Shown here: positions 31,071-44,403 of the stretch, in pieces
Layout: every line of letters starts with the position of its first letter
How positions within the stretch are numbered: the stretch's first letter is position 1
Assembly (NCBI GenBank): GCA_951406725.2
Contig: OX597822.1
Coordinates: 33,108,001 to 33,172,000, forward strand
Direction: 5' to 3'
From: Octopus vulgaris
Taxonomy: Eukaryota
Length of the DNA: 64,000 bases
Program-made: the position numbers and the translations under genes
Notes under the pieces: model-generated
What the model was told of the DNA's origin: nothing
Databases searched by the model: none
Seen by the model: only the letters and a program-made list of their open reading frames with translations

Positions 31071-31716
31071 ATAGAAATAGGAAACGTCCAAGGAAGGGAA
31101 GACGGAGAAAAAGAATATATATATATATATAGTCTCTCCCTTTATATATATATATATATATATTTCTCTCCCTTTCTCTTACTCCTCCTCCTCCCTCCCG
31201 TCGCGGTCACGTGATGAGATGGCTATTTCTGTCTTTCTTCTCCTGGACTCCGTCAAGTAGAGACGGTAATCTGTTCTCTCTACCGTCCTCAAACAATAGC
31301 GTTCGTAAAAATTTTTTTATCTCGTTTGGCTTAATAGCCCTTCTTGTTTGTGTTACTGTTATTCTCTGTCCTGTCTTTTACTGTTTATATGTTGTACTGT
31401 CGTTACTGTCCTGTTTTTGTTACCATCCGCAAAAAAATCTCAAATTGTATTTAATTTGATTTTCGCGGGACCTTCGAAACATGGAGTAGATGAAATTAAG
31501 GCGACTGAAGAAGGGGAATTGTCCTTGTTTTGTATGTCCTGTACTCGTTGTTTTAAAAAAAATGTCCATTTCCTTGGTTTTGTGTTTATGTTTTCGTTTC
31601 TCATTGTGTTCGAAGTTTTTTTGGTGTCCTGTACCCATATATGCATGTATATATACATGTAGAGGTAGGTACGTACATATATGTATATATGGATATGTTT
31701 TATTTATTTATTAATT

Positions 31717-31759
<43 letters not shown>

Positions 31760-31765
31760 TGTGTG

Positions 31766-32056
31766 AAGGCGCAATGGCCCAGTGGTTAGGACAGTGGACA
31801 CGCGGTCGGAGGATCGCGGTTTCGATTCCCAGACCCGGCGTTGTGTGTGTTTATTGAGCGAAAACACCTAAGAGCCCCACGAGGCTCCGGCGGGGGGGGT
31901 GATCCCTGCTGTCCTCTTTCACCACTCTTTCTTCTGTTGGCCTGCTCGCTTAGCCAACGGGGTGGCGTCGTTCGAAGGCTAAAACAATGCGAACGCATTG
32001 TGACCAGCGATGTGTAGCAACATCTGATGGTCTGGTCGGTCACGTGATCACGTGAT
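31766..32056 (+). mobile_element. tRNA-derived SINE, family A head with a different tail
   Basis: Head matches the 28543 copy; 3' part ends tcacgtgatcacgtga. Confidence 0.75.
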
Positions 32057-32266
32057 ATATATGTATGTATGTACTGTGTGTGTGACTGTGTGTGTGCATA
32101 CATTTATATGCAGTTAGATACGTATATATAGGTATAATAATGTAGATTAGTATGGCTCACATATATGCATATGCGCATACACATATATACATACACACCT
32201 ACATATGTGCGTTTGAGTGTGTGTACATATATATATATGCATACACACCTACATATGTGCGTTTGA

Positions 32267-32318
<52 letters not shown>

Positions 32319-32444
32319 TTATATATACTTTGATACTTTGATAGGTTTCGGCCATTATTGACCCAGGCCATGTCTAACTTAATAGCACCACCTGGTGAAG
32401 TCTTTCAAGTCAGAATTTGGGCACTATAGCCCACTCAAGTAGAG

Positions 32445-32850
32445 AGTTATTGTTTACAGAGACATATCCTGGTGTAGGAGGTTTATCCGGGATTTCTTGA
32501 AGGAATCTTTCCAAAGACTTCTTGAACCCTATAGGGTCTGTTTCTGTTTTAATGTGTTTTTGGTGTAATGTTAAAGAGAGCGTGGCCAATTGAGGTGAAA
32601 TAATTGTGCCGTATTGTTGTTATGAGATGAGAGTGCGATTTTTGTTGTGGGCGGATGGCACGGGGCCCAAGCCTTGGAAGTACCTTAAAGGTGATGCCAA
32701 CATCATTTGGGCAATGCTGAGGGAATATTTCCCACATCATGCAGATGATGTAGCGCTCACGGCGACATTGGAGAGAATAAAGTTTTAGCTTTTCTTGTCG
32801 ACCCCAATAGTCGAGGCCTGTCATGCCATCTATCCTTTTTGTGATTGACA
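32445..32850 (-). mobile_element. CR1/L2-group LINE 3' fragment
   Basis: ITKRIDGMTGLDYW..KLKLYSLQCRRERYII..FN..P. Confidence 0.75.
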
Positions 32851-33489
32851 TAAGAAAAATATTATTACACCAAAGACTTATAAAATATTAAAATTTACAA
32901 TTTAAAGATCTTAAATATAAATAAATACTTATCTTAGCGAGGTTTTGTAATGAACTAAAATTTTGAATCGGAAAACGTCTTTACAGGGTTTATAAGAATA
33001 CTCGTGGAATTACGTTATTAGCAAAAAAAGAATAAATTGTTGAAGAATTCATTAAGCGTGAGGAACAAATACGCTTTATCAATGAAGATTGTGAATGAGA
33101 ACAGTAATGGTTTATCAATAAGTGTAAATAGAATGAAGTCACAAATAAAGAATAACCTCACTCTATACAATAAGATTTATTAATAAAATAACTATTATAA
33201 ATAATACTTAATACAGAATAAATTGAATAATTTAAATGATTAAAAGCCACTAATTATTAAATATACTCTAAAAATCTTATATGATTAATAAATATATAAA
33301 TAATATATAAATATATGCATATATTGATGCATATATGGGTTCAGGGCATAAAAAGCGTGGACAGGATGAGAAACATGGACAGAATGAGAAATGAGACATG
33401 CAACATAAAGAACATTCCTTCCCTCAGTTGTCCCCTGTTTTATCTACTCCGCGTATCCATGTATATATAAATATAAATTTTACTTCACT

Positions 33490-34105
33490 AATTCTTTTTA
33501 GAAATTGACGTTTGGGTGCATGAGGGAGTCTGATGCCGCTGCGCTCATCTGCACTTCCTGCTGCAGAGTTGGTTCATCTGGGACACTTGACAGTAACAGG
33601 TCTCTCAAGTCCTTCAGGAGGATATCGAAGAGCTGTGGGCCTTTAAAGCTCAGGCTGTTGCAATATCTTGTCCTACACCTGATGGTAAATTTGGAATTTT
33701 GGGAACTATGCAGTGGCGCCCTGTTCTAGCATTAATGTAATTCTCGATGCCAATGTTTGGGACAAGTCCTTCTAGGGTCTTCCAGATGTACATTATGGCA
33801 TATCTTTCCCGCCTACGCTCTAAGGAATAGAATCGTAATCTCTTGAGTCATTCCCAGTAGCTATATGCTGCATAGAGGCTATCCTCTTCGTGTAGCTTCG
33901 TTGGATTGCCTCAAGTTCTGTAATTAATTTTACACTGGTTGGTGGCCATAGGTGGAAGCAATAGTCAAAGCGGCTTAGAACAAGTGTCCTCCAGGGGACC
34001 ATCATGGATTCCTGATCTCTCGTTCTAAATGTTCTAAGACTCCATTCGGTCAGCCTCCTGCATTTCATTGCCAACTTATCAACATGCACATGGAAGGATG
34101 CATCA
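33490..34105 (-). mobile_element. CR1/L2-group LINE 3' fragment
   Basis: LRTFRTRD..LVLSRFDYC..W.P..LEAIQRSYTKRI, then LERRRERYAIMYIWK. Confidence 0.78.
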
Positions 34106-34225
34106 TGTATATATATATATATATATATATATAAGGATAAGATCATTAATTTAAAAATAAAATAACGATTTTATCAAGTGGTCAGCATGGAAAAAATAAC
34201 CTTCAAAGGTGATAATTATTAAAAT

Positions 34226-34399
34226 TATAAATTAGGGTATATACAAGATACCACCATGCTGAAAATAGCAGCCATGATCTGACTTTAAAACCCTCTTAAA
34301 TTGTCCGTGTTGATATATTGACAATTTAGGTGGTTTTAAAGTCAGATCATGGCTGCTATTTTCAGCATGGTGGTATTTCGTAGATACCCTAATCTATAA
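34226..34399. repeat. Inverted repeat (~80-bp arms)
   Basis: ataccaccatgctgaaaatagcagccatgatctgactttaaaacc / ggttttaaagtcagatcatggctgctattttcagcatggtggtat. Confidence 0.88.
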
Positions 34400-34602
34400 T
34401 TATATATATATATCTATATATATATACGTTTAAATATTTGTTGTGCAAGATTTTTTATGTGAAGTCGTGTGTTGAAACAGATATTGTTATATTTCGGAAT
34501 GGTCATATTGCCAGTTTAGCCAATAAAAACACACGCACTATATATTTGGTGTTATTTTGCTTCAGTGATATTTATTTTTTACATTAATCTTAATCTTATT
34601 TC

Positions 34603-34647
34603 GGCCAAAGTTCTTTCGTCACACTCCTGTGACCGCATCAGTGGTCC
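34603..34647 (-). ncRNA. Hammerhead-like motif in the inverted pseudo-LTR (copy)
   Basis: Reverse complement of 38739-38783. Confidence 0.55.
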
Positions 34648-35173
34648 TTTGTTTTCTTCTCACTTACTTGTGTCTCTCCTTACTAACCGTCAGCCATTTT
34701 GTATTTCTATTGTATGTCTTCATTTGCGCATGCTTATATCTCTATGTGCGTCTATGTTTATTTAGTGTGTGTGGGGGGGGGATGTCTGTAATATTTGTAT
34801 CTTCTGGTTATATACATTCTTGTAATTTGTATTTTGTTTTTGTTGTTGTTGCTTTTGTTCTAATTTTGTTCATGTGTTTACATCCACCCATTATTATCAT
34901 TACATATGCTTGTATGTATGTATAACAACAATATTAGTAATAATAATAATAAATCTAATCTATAAAAAAAAAAAAAAAAAAAAAAAAAGAATATACATAT
35001 ACATATATATATATATATACATACACATACATATACACATATATATATACATATATACACACATATATACACATATACATATACATATATATACACATAT
35101 ACATACACATAGATATTCATTTCTATTTCTTTAATTACCTGTGTATTTATTATGTTTGCAGGATCCACTATTG

Positions 35174-37080
35174 TCATATGTTGTGGTGTGCGCTATTGCT
35201 CCATTCTAGTTTTCTATTCAGGCTAGGTTTATTTTCTATTATATGTGTAGCTTCTGTAATTTGTCTAATTGTTGCATCTGTTCTATGTGTGGACAATATC
35301 TTAATCTCTATGTTATTGATTGATCCCCCGTGTTCTTGTTCGGCGTGTTGGTACATAATCGATGAGCTTTTACCTTCCTTGAGTTGTCTCCAATGTTCAT
35401 TCACCCGCTCACCAATGCTTCTTGCAGTTTCCCCTACGTATGTTACTGTCTTGTTACTGCATCGTCCCTCTATACATCTTATACTATAGACCACATTTCT
35501 GGCTTTACAGTTCGTTTGTGGGCTAAATCTACATACAGTGCAATAGTTATCCGTACAGAGAGTTCTACTAAAAGGATAGGTTCTACCAATTATAGATCTG
35601 ATAGGGTTGCCTGGCTTTTCAACAACCTTAATTCTTAGTTTAAGTTTATCTAGGGTCCTTCTAAAGCGGTACGCTAGTTCACCTCCAGGGGTGGTGTCAA
35701 CAAACATGACACTCTGGTATTTATGGCTATCATACCAAGAGTTGGCCTTCCTTATTTTCTTTTTTGTCCTTTCTATAGTGTTCCATGACTTGTTCCTATA
35801 GAGTGGGCAAATCCCATTCCTATCATTACATAATATATTATCAAATTTCTTCATGGCTCCTTTGTATACTCTGATCCTTTCTTTATGGCTGTAACCTGAG
35901 AACTGCATGCGGTGAATGAAATACTGTATGTGTCTCTTTAATTCTGTAGGCTCGCACATGCGTGACACATTTCTCATTATTCTGACGAGGTCTGCCATCA
36001 AAATATTGAATTTGGCATTGCCCGCAATGGCTGAGTTCCGGTGGATCAGGTATTTTGAGGCCATAGGTTTTGCATAGTATGAATGAAGGATTTGGGTTTT
36101 ATTTTTCACAATTTCTAGCCAGAGTTCAGTGTCTAGTACTGGTAGTCTATGGTTGGGGTGTTTAGTGGGGTAGTCTATTGTGACCTTAATACTCTGGTGG
36201 ATGGAGTTAGCTATTTGCTGGATGCTCTCCATAGTATTAGTTTCTATTACTATATCAACCGTACTCTCTTGTGGGGGTGCCTTTACTACTATATTGATAT
36301 CATCAACATAGCGAGAGTACATGTTTACGAGTATGGATTTCTGCAGTAGGCATTCTTTAAGCCTTCTGTCCCACCATACCATGAAGAGGTTGGCCACATC
36401 ACCAGCGATACTAACACCGATGGCTGCCCCCTCGTCCTGGGCATATATTTTATTATTAAATTTAAATGTGTGGCCTTTTAGGTAACTCTTATACTAGCTC
36501 CTAGTGCATGTGCGATCATTTTCTTTACCTGATGGACATTTGCGGGGCTCCGTATGGCTCTGGTCCATCCGCGCCATCTTTCTATATGTGTCTTCCTAGC
36601 CATAGAAGTAATTGTAGGCGGTCTACCTCTTAAACATCTACTGGGGCAGAAACTACTAAGATTATGTTTATCTAAGTATTCACTATTATATGTCAGTCTA
36701 AGTAGGAGGCCCAGTTCTTCTGTGTCGACATTACAGAACTCCACCTGGCTCTCGTTGATCATCTCCACGCACTTCTCCACTGCAAAATCTACGTCAATCG
36801 ATGGGTATAGGGATACCACATCCATGCTACCTACTATACATCCTGTCAAGTCACAAGTTTTGTTACAGTCACTGATCCTGCTTAGGAGATCTTCTGTGCT
36901 GTCACATACATCAGGTGACATCCTGATTATAGGGCGTATGATCATTGAGAGGAAGTAGGAGATTCTGTAATTGCTAGCGATATTCGCTCCACAGACTGGT
37001 CTTGTTGGTGGTCCTGCTATAGGGTCAGTAAAACCTTTATGGTCCTTGCGAAGTCCATACAGTGCCGGGATATCATTGTT
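35174..37080 (-). pseudogene. 5'-truncated inverted copy of the PLE RT/EN ORF with a 1-nt frameshift
   Basis: ORFs 36478-36945 and 35174-36397 are nearly identical to the main ORF. ggccttttaggtaac at ~36472-36486 lacks one G relative to the main copy. Confidence 0.9.
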
Positions 37081-37237
37081 GCATCTGTTCTATGTGTGGA
37101 CAATATCCTAATCTCTATGTTATTGATTGATCCCCCGTGTTCTTGTTCGGCGTGTTGGTACAGAATCGATGAGCTTTTACCTTCCTTGAGTTGTCTCCAA
37201 TGTTCATTCACCCGCTCACCAATGCTTCTTGCAGTTT

Positions 37238-38222
37238 CCCCAACCATAGACTACCAGTACTAGACACTGAACTCTGGCTAGAAATTGTGAAAAATAAAAC
37301 CCAAATCCTTCATTCATACTATGCAAAACCTATGGCCTCAAAATACCTGATCCACCGGAACTCAGCCATTGCGGGCAATGCCAAATTCAATATTTTGATG
37401 GCAGACCTCGTCAGAATAATGAGAAATGTGTCACGCATGTGCGAGCCTACAGAATTAAAGAGACACATACAGTATTTCATTCACCGCATGCAGTTCTCAG
37501 GTTACAGCCATAAAGAAAGGATCAGAGTATACAAAGGAGCCATGAAGAAATTTGATAATATATTATGTAATGATAGGAATGGGATTTGCCCACTCTATAG
37601 GAACAAGTCATGGAACACTATAGAAAGGACAAAAAAGAAAATAAGGAAGGCCAACTCTTGGTATGATAGCCATAAATACCAGAGTGTCATGTTCGTTGAC
37701 ACCACCCCTGGAGGTGAACTAGCGTACCGCTTTAGAAGGACCCTAGATAAACTTAAACTAAGAATTAAGGTTGTTGAAAAGCCAGGCAACCCTATCAGAT
37801 CTATAATTGGTAGAACCTATCCTTTTAGTAGAACTCTCTGTACGGATAACTATTGCACTGTATGTAGATTTAGCCCACAAACGAACTGTAAAGCCAGAAA
37901 TGTGGTCTATAGTATAAGATGTATAGAGGGACGATGCAGTAACAAGACAGTAACATACGTAGGGGAAACTGCAAGAAGCATTGGTGAGCGGGTGAATGAA
38001 CATTGGAGACAACTCAAGGAAGGTAAAAGCTCATCGATTATGTACCAACACGCCGAACAAGAACACGGGGGATCAATCAATAACATAGAGATTAAGATAT
38101 TGTCCACACATAGAACAGATGCAACAATTAGACAAATTACAGAAGCTACACATATAATAGAAAATAAACCTAGCCTGAATAGAAAACTAGAATGGAGCAA
38201 TAGCGCACACCACAACATATGA
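37238..38222 (+). pseudogene. 5'-truncated tandem copy of the PLE ORF C-terminus (thumb, linker, GIY-YIG)
   Basis: [11 protein letters not shown]...NSAHHNI is identical to the main ORF except MAD/MTD and KILS/KVLS. Confidence 0.9.
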
Positions 38223-38738
38223 CAATAGTGGATCCTGCAAACATAATAAATACACAGGTAATTAAAGAAATAGAAATGAATATCTATGTGTATGTATATG
38301 TGTATATATATGTATATGTATATGTGTATATATGTGTGTATATATGTATATATATATGTGTATATGTATGTGTATGTATATATATATATATATGTATATG
38401 TATATTCTTTTTTTTTTTTTTTTTTTTCTCGATTAGATTTATTATTATTATTACTAATATTGTTGTTATACATACATACAAGCATATGTAATGATAATAA
38501 TGGGTGGATGTAAACACATGAACAAAATTAGAACAAAAGCAACAACAACAAAAACAAAATACAAATTACAAGAATGTATATAACCAGAAGATACAAATAT
38601 TACAGACATCCCCCCACACACTAAATAAACATAGACGCACATAGAGATATAAGCATGCGCAAATGAAGACATACAATAGAAATACAAAATGGCTGACGGT
38701 TAGTAAGGAGAGACACAAGTAAGTGAGAAGAAAACAAA

Positions 38739-38783
38739 GGACCACTGATGCGGTCACAGGAGTGTGACGAAAGAACTTTGGCC
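38739..38783 (+). ncRNA. Hammerhead-like motif in the PLE pseudo-LTR (variant core)
   Basis: GGACCA-CTGATGC-G-GTCACA ggag TGTGAC-GAAAG AA CTT-TGGCC. Perfect 6-bp stem II; core has C instead of A9. Confidence 0.55.
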
Positions 38784-38879
38784 GAAATAAGATTAAGATT
38801 AATGTAAAAAATAAATATCACTGAAGCAAAATAACACCAAATATATAGTGCGTGTGTTTTTATTGGCTAAACTGGCAAT

Positions 38880-41800
38880 ATGACCATTCCGAAATATAAC
38901 AATATCTGTTTCAACACACGACTTCACATAAAAAATCTTGCACAACAAATATTTAAACGTACTAACGTGAGCCACAGCCAGGCTTGCAAGATGCTGAAGA
39001 ACACTATATTTTGTTGCCTAAAGAAAACTGTGACAACGCAACAGCTTCGTTTTATAAAACAATGTGTCTCGTCCAGGATATGTATCAACAAGGTCACAGC
39101 CAACGTTAAACGGCTTGACCTCACTAACGGACAAGCGGAAAGACTAAAAAGGACGCTAATGGTAAATATAAGAAATAGAATATACAGAGAGCTGAGCGAA
39201 CAAGAGAAGCGTAAACGTATATTTTTAAAAGAAATTAAAAGTATCACCACACGAAAGGAGAAAACCTTAATAATGGATATAATATATGAAGAAAACAGAC
39301 ATGTAATACACCAATGCAATATCCATTTTAAGAGGAAGTTATCGTGGTTGAAACAGAAACGTCAATATGAGCTCGCAAAGGAAGAAAAGCAGAAGTATCC
39401 AGATACAATAAATGGAATTATTATGGAAGATGTGCTACTACCAGAAGAGTTCAATAAAGACAATGAAGCGAACATCTATGGGGGAGTAACAACGGACCCA
39501 GATGAAATATCGATACTTCAACTACCACCAAAGTATGCAGTGTATAGTAAAGTGAATACCATCAAATGCCTGTCCGAGATTGAAAAGTCGTTCACAAAAA
39601 TACGTTGGAATTTAAATAGATACTATGACAACAACACTTGCGACAACAACAACAACGCGAAAAACACTAACCGCAGCAACAACAACACAAACAATAATGA
39701 CCGCAACAATAACAACCGTAGCAACAAAAGCAACACGAACCCTAACAGCGGCAACAACAACAACAACACGAACCCTAACAGCGACAACAACAATAACAAT
39801 AGAAAAAATGTATGCATAGACACAAACAATAGATACAAAAACAAAAACACAAACAGAGAGAGAAAAATCGTATACAACAGCAACAACAACAACAATTATA
39901 GGGAGAACCGACACACAAACACACACACAGATAGCCATAGTCACAAAAACACGAATAAAAGTTGTGTCATAGGGGTCACGATGGAGAATAAAGTTGAATG
40001 CAACAGGATCCTTGGACAGGGAGTCAGCGGACTTGAAACAGATAACAATATTCATAGGAACAAAAATAACGACCGCAACAAGGGGATTGACAGGGACCAA
40101 CAGACAAACATAAAACCCAACACTAATATAAACAACACATACACCAGAAACAGGAACAATGAATATATCACTAGCGAAGATAGTAATAATGGCAATGGTA
40201 GGAATAAAGGTAATAACAATAATAGTGGTAGTAGTAGTGGTGATGGTAACAGTAGAAGTAGTAATGAGGATAGTAGTGATAGTTGTGGTGGTAATAGGAA
40301 TACTAGTAGTAGTAGTAGTAGTGGTAATGGTGATAATAATAATAGGAAGGCTGATGTTGGAAACAGTAACGATAATGAAGATAACCCTAGAGAGACCATT
40401 GACATGTATACCCATCCCTTTGACACTCAATTCTTCAACGTATGCGACAAAACTTACTGCATGAACCGAATTTATCCAACAACATTACCCTTCAACAAAA
40501 GGGTATACATCCCAAGACGTACTAATGACCACATGGAAGCACAGTTCACTATAGCTAGGACCAAACTTAGACAGATTTTAGGTTTATACATTAAGAGACA
40601 GAGACAGAATAAGACAGATGCCCAACAACTAGAGATTAAACCTGCATGTGGCCTACAGAAGCTCATTCAGCGCACGAGGAACGGAGAGGTGATATGCCTT
40701 CCCACGGATAAGTCAGGCAGGATGTCAATAGACAGCTTACCGAACTACATCCAGGCAATGCAACCTCATATCGCCAATACAAAAGTAACAACTGTACAGG
40801 CGCATGAGGAGAGAGAAAAGGTCCTCAATGCCCACATGATGATGTGGACAATTGTTCTGGGACCTCAGAAACGTACTGCAAAGAATTTCCAAGCCTGGAA
40901 CAATGATATCCCGGCACTGTATGGACTTCGCAAGGACCATAAAGGTTTTACTGACCCTATAGCAGGACCACCAACAAGACCAGTCTGTGGAGCGAATATC
41001 GCTAGCAATTACAGAATCTCCTACTTCCTCTCAATGATCATACGCCCTATAATCAGGATGTCACCTGATGTATGTGACAGCACAGAAGATCTCCTAAGCA
41101 GGATCAGTGACTGTAACAAAACTTGTGACTTGACAGGATGTATAGTAGGTAGCATGGATGTGGTATCCCTATACCCATCGATTGACGTAGATTTTGCAGT
41201 GGAGAAGTGCGTGGAGATGATCAACGAGAGCCAGGTGGAGTTCTGTAATGTCGACACAGAAGAACTGGGCCTCCTACTTAGACTGACATATAATAGTGAA
41301 TACTTAGATAAACATAATCTTAGTAGTTTCTGCCCCAGTAGATGTTTAAGAGGTAGACCGCCTACAATTACTTCTATGGCTAGGAAGACACATATAGAAA
41401 GATGGCGCGGATGGACCAGAGCCATACGGAGCCCCGCAAATGTCCATCAGGTAAAGAAAATGATCGCACATGCACTAGGAGCTAGTATAAGAGTTACCCT
41501 AAAAGGCCACACATTTAAATTTAATAATAAAATATATGCCCAGGACGAGGGGGCAGCCATCGGTGTTAGTATCGCTGGTGATGTGGCCAACCTCTTCATG
41601 GTATGGTGGGACAGAAGGCTTAAAGAATGCCTACTGCAGAAATCCATACTCGTAAACATGTACTCTCGCTATGTTGATGATATCAATATAGTAGTAAAGG
41701 CACCCCCACAAGAGAGTACGGTTGATATAGTAATAGAAACTAATACTATGGAGAGCATCCAGCAAATAGCTAACTCCATCCACCAGAGTATTAAGGTCAC

Positions 41801-42806
41801 AATAGACTACCCCACTAAACACCCCAACCATAGACTACCAGTACTAGACACTGAACTCTGGCTAGAAATTGTGAAAAATAAAACCCAAATCCTTCATTCA
41901 TACTATGCAAAACCTATGGCCTCAAAATACCTGATCCACCGGAACTCAGCCATTGCGGGCAATGCCAAATTCAATATTTTGATGACAGACCTCGTCAGAA
42001 TAATGAGAAATGTGTCACGCATGTGCGAGCCTACAGAATTAAAGAGACACATACAGTATTTCATTCACCGCATGCAGTTCTCAGGTTACAGCCATAAAGA
42101 AAGGATCAGAGTATACAAAGGAGCCATGAAGAAATTTGATAATATATTATGTAATGATAGGAATGGGATTTGCCCACTCTATAGGAACAAGTCATGGAAC
42201 ACTATAGAAAGGACAAAAAAGAAAATAAGGAAGGCCAACTCTTGGTATGATAGCCATAAATACCAGAGTGTCATGTTCGTTGACACCACCCCTGGAGGTG
42301 AACTAGCGTACCGCTTTAGAAGGACCCTAGATAAACTTAAACTAAGAATTAAGGTTGTTGAAAAGCCAGGCAACCCTATCAGATCTATAATTGGTAGAAC
42401 CTATCCTTTTAGTAGAACTCTCTGTACGGATAACTATTGCACTGTATGTAGATTTAGCCCACAAACGAACTGTAAAGCCAGAAATGTGGTCTATAGTATA
42501 AGATGTATAGAGGGACGATGCAGTAACAAGACAGTAACATACGTAGGGGAAACTGCAAGAAGCATTGGTGAGCGGGTGAATGAACATTGGAGACAACTCA
42601 AGGAAGGTAAAAGCTCATCGATTATGTACCAACACGCCGAACAAGAACACGGGGGATCAATCAATAACATAGAGATTAAGGTATTGTCCACACATAGAAC
42701 AGATGCAACAATTAGACAAATTACAGAAGCTACACATATAATAGAAAATAAACCTAGCCTGAATAGAAAACTAGAATGGAGCAATAGCGCACACCACAAC
42801 ATATGA
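38880..42806 (+). CDS. Penelope-like element polyprotein: N-terminal region, Asn/Ser-rich insert, reverse transcriptase, Cys-rich linker, C-terminal GIY-YIG endonuclease
   Basis: Uninterrupted 1308-aa ORF with PLE RT motifs ([52 protein letters not shown]). Linker [10 protein letters not shown]. Endonuclease [27 protein letters not shown], ending [13 protein letters not shown]. Confidence 0.96.
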   Translation: MTIPKYNNICFNTRLHIKNLAQQIFKRTNVSHSQACKMLKNTIFCCLKKTVTTQQLRFIKQCVSSRICINKVTANVKRLDLTNGQAERLKRTLMVNIRNRIYRELSEQEKRKRIFLKEIKSITTRKEKTLIMDIIYEENRHVIHQCNIHFKRKLSWLKQKRQYELAKEEKQKYPDTINGIIMEDVLLPEEFNKDNEANIYGGVTTDPDEISILQLPPKYAVYSKVNTIKCLSEIEKSFTKIRWNLNRYYDNNTCDNNNNAKNTNRSNNNTNNNDRNNNNRSNKSNTNPNSGNNNNNTNPNSDNNNNNRKNVCIDTNNRYKNKNTNRERKIVYNSNNNNNYRENRHTNTHTDSHSHKNTNKSCVIGVTMENKVECNRILGQGVSGLETDNNIHRNKNNDRNKGIDRDQQTNIKPNTNINNTYTRNRNNEYITSEDSNNGNGRNKGNNNNSGSSSGDGNSRSSNEDSSDSCGGNRNTSSSSSSGNGDNNNRKADVGNSNDNEDNPRETIDMYTHPFDTQFFNVCDKTYCMNRIYPTTLPFNKRVYIPRRTNDHMEAQFTIARTKLRQILGLYIKRQRQNKTDAQQLEIKPACGLQKLIQRTRNGEVICLPTDKSGRMSIDSLPNYIQAMQPHIANTKVTTVQAHEEREKVLNAHMMMWTIVLGPQKRTAKNFQAWNNDIPALYGLRKDHKGFTDPIAGPPTRPVCGANIASNYRISYFLSMIIRPIIRMSPDVCDSTEDLLSRISDCNKTCDLTGCIVGSMDVVSLYPSIDVDFAVEKCVEMINESQVEFCNVDTEELGLLLRLTYNSEYLDKHNLSSFCPSRCLRGRPPTITSMARKTHIERWRGWTRAIRSPANVHQVKKMIAHALGASIRVTLKGHTFKFNNKIYAQDEGAAIGVSIAGDVANLFMVWWDRRLKECLLQKSILVNMYSRYVDDINIVVKAPPQESTVDIVIETNTMESIQQIANSIHQSIKVTIDYPTKHPNHRLPVLDTELWLEIVKNKTQILHSYYAKPMASKYLIHRNSAIAGNAKFNILMTDLVRIMRNVSRMCEPTELKRHIQYFIHRMQFSGYSHKERIRVYKGAMKKFDNILCNDRNGICPLYRNKSWNTIERTKKKIRKANSWYDSHKYQSVMFVDTTPGGELAYRFRRTLDKLKLRIKVVEKPGNPIRSIIGRTYPFSRTLCTDNYCTVCRFSPQTNCKARNVVYSIRCIEGRCSNKTVTYVGETARSIGERVNEHWRQLKEGKSSSIMYQHAEQEHGGSINNIEIKVLSTHRTDATIRQITEATHIIENKPSLNRKLEWSNSAHHNI

Positions 42807-43326
42807 CAATAGTGGATCCTGCAAACATAATAAATACACAGGTAATTAAAGAAATAGAAATGAATATCTATGTGTATGTATATGTGTATATATATGTATA
42901 TGTATATGTGTATATATGTGTGTATATATGTATATATATATATGTATATGTATATGTATGTATATATATATATATATGTATATGTATATTCTTTTTTTTT
43001 TTTTTTTTTTTTTCTCGATTAGATTTATTATTATTATTACTAATATTGTTGTTATACATACATACAAGCATATGTAATGATAATAATGGGTGGATGTAAA
43101 CACATGAACAAAATTAGAACAAAAGCAACAACAACAAAAACAAAATACAAATTACAAGAATGTATATAACCAGAAGATACAAATATTACAGACATCCCCC
43201 CCCACACACTAAATAAACATAGACGCACATAGAGATATAAGCATGCGCAAATGAAGACATACAATAGAAATACAAAATGGCTGACGGTTAGTAAGGAGAG
43301 ACACAAGTAAGTGAGAAGAAAACAAA

Positions 43327-43371
43327 GGACCACTGATGCGGTCACAGGAGTGTGACGAAAGAACTTTGGCC
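43327..43371 (+). ncRNA. Hammerhead-like motif in the 3' pseudo-LTR (copy)
   Basis: Identical to 38739-38783. Confidence 0.55.
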
Positions 43372-43485
43372 GAAATAAGATTAAGATTAATGTAAAAAAT
43401 AAATATCACTGAAGCAAAATAACACCAAATATATAGTGCGTGTGTTTTTATTGGCTAAACTGGCAATATGACCATTCCGAAATAT

Positions 43486-43558
<73 letters not shown>

Positions 43559-44120
43559 TCTGTGTGTTTGTCTTTGCGCGTGTGTGTGAATTATATGTAG
43601 TTGTGTGTATTGTTTGTACTAGTTCTTCGTCAGCTTATTTGCATTCTGTTATCCCAAAATCGAAAACGTCATCAATTCCTGAAATCACATAACGAAGTCT
43701 CGAGAAACTGAAAATGAAAAATCTAATCTGATATCTTCGGGCGCTTAAAAATTTTTTTTTCCCTTCTGTAGTTCTGGCCTGAGGATAAGTAAAATAATTA
43801 TCTGCAACACCAGTAGATATTCCCTCCCAGCCAAAACTTATCTGCCAGATTCGTTAGAATCGTTTTCATCAATCATGTGAATAGATTACTTTTGGCTTTG
43901 TGTTGTTTTTTCATTTGCGGTGAGAGTGAGGATTGATAAAGTAAACTTATATGTGTATAGCTGTTCATTTAAAGAATTTCATGTATTATTTATATTGTAC
44001 ACTTTCATTTGATTTAAATTCATTTGCTTTTACAACACCCACATATATATACGTACATATATACATATAAACACACACAAAGACACACACTCACTCACAC
44101 ACACACACATACACACACAC

Positions 44121-44196
<76 letters not shown>

Positions 44197-44237
44197 GTAG
44201 ATAGATATAGATATACGTATATATGTATGTATATATA

Positions 44238-44271
<34 letters not shown>

Positions 44272-44347
44272 CACACGTATATACCTGTTCTTTTATTGTT
44301 GCATATGTCTCAGCCCTGAGACTTTAGTCATGCTGGGGCACACATAC

Positions 44348-44403
<56 letters not shown>

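Larger units (their letters stand above)
34425..43493. mobile_element. Composite Penelope-like element locus (inverted 5'-truncated copy + short inverted fragment + partial tandem copy + full-length copy), flanked by (TA)n
   Basis: 34425-37080 (-) matches the main copy from ~40900 through the 3' UTR/pLTR. 37075-37241 (-) matches the endonuclease region. 37238-38879 (+) matches main copy 41822 onward. Repeat unit is 4588 bp (ATG 38880 vs 43468). Both ends abut TA repeats. Confidence 0.93.

Noticed and set aside
38715-38730. GTAAGT splice donor in the pLTR (PLEs can have 5' introns)
   Set aside because: No acceptor can be supported without transcripts.
38815-38912. Second possible hammerhead in the pLTR (CTGAAGC...GAAATAT aaca ATATC)
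   Set aside because: Stem III is plausible, but stems I and II barely pair.
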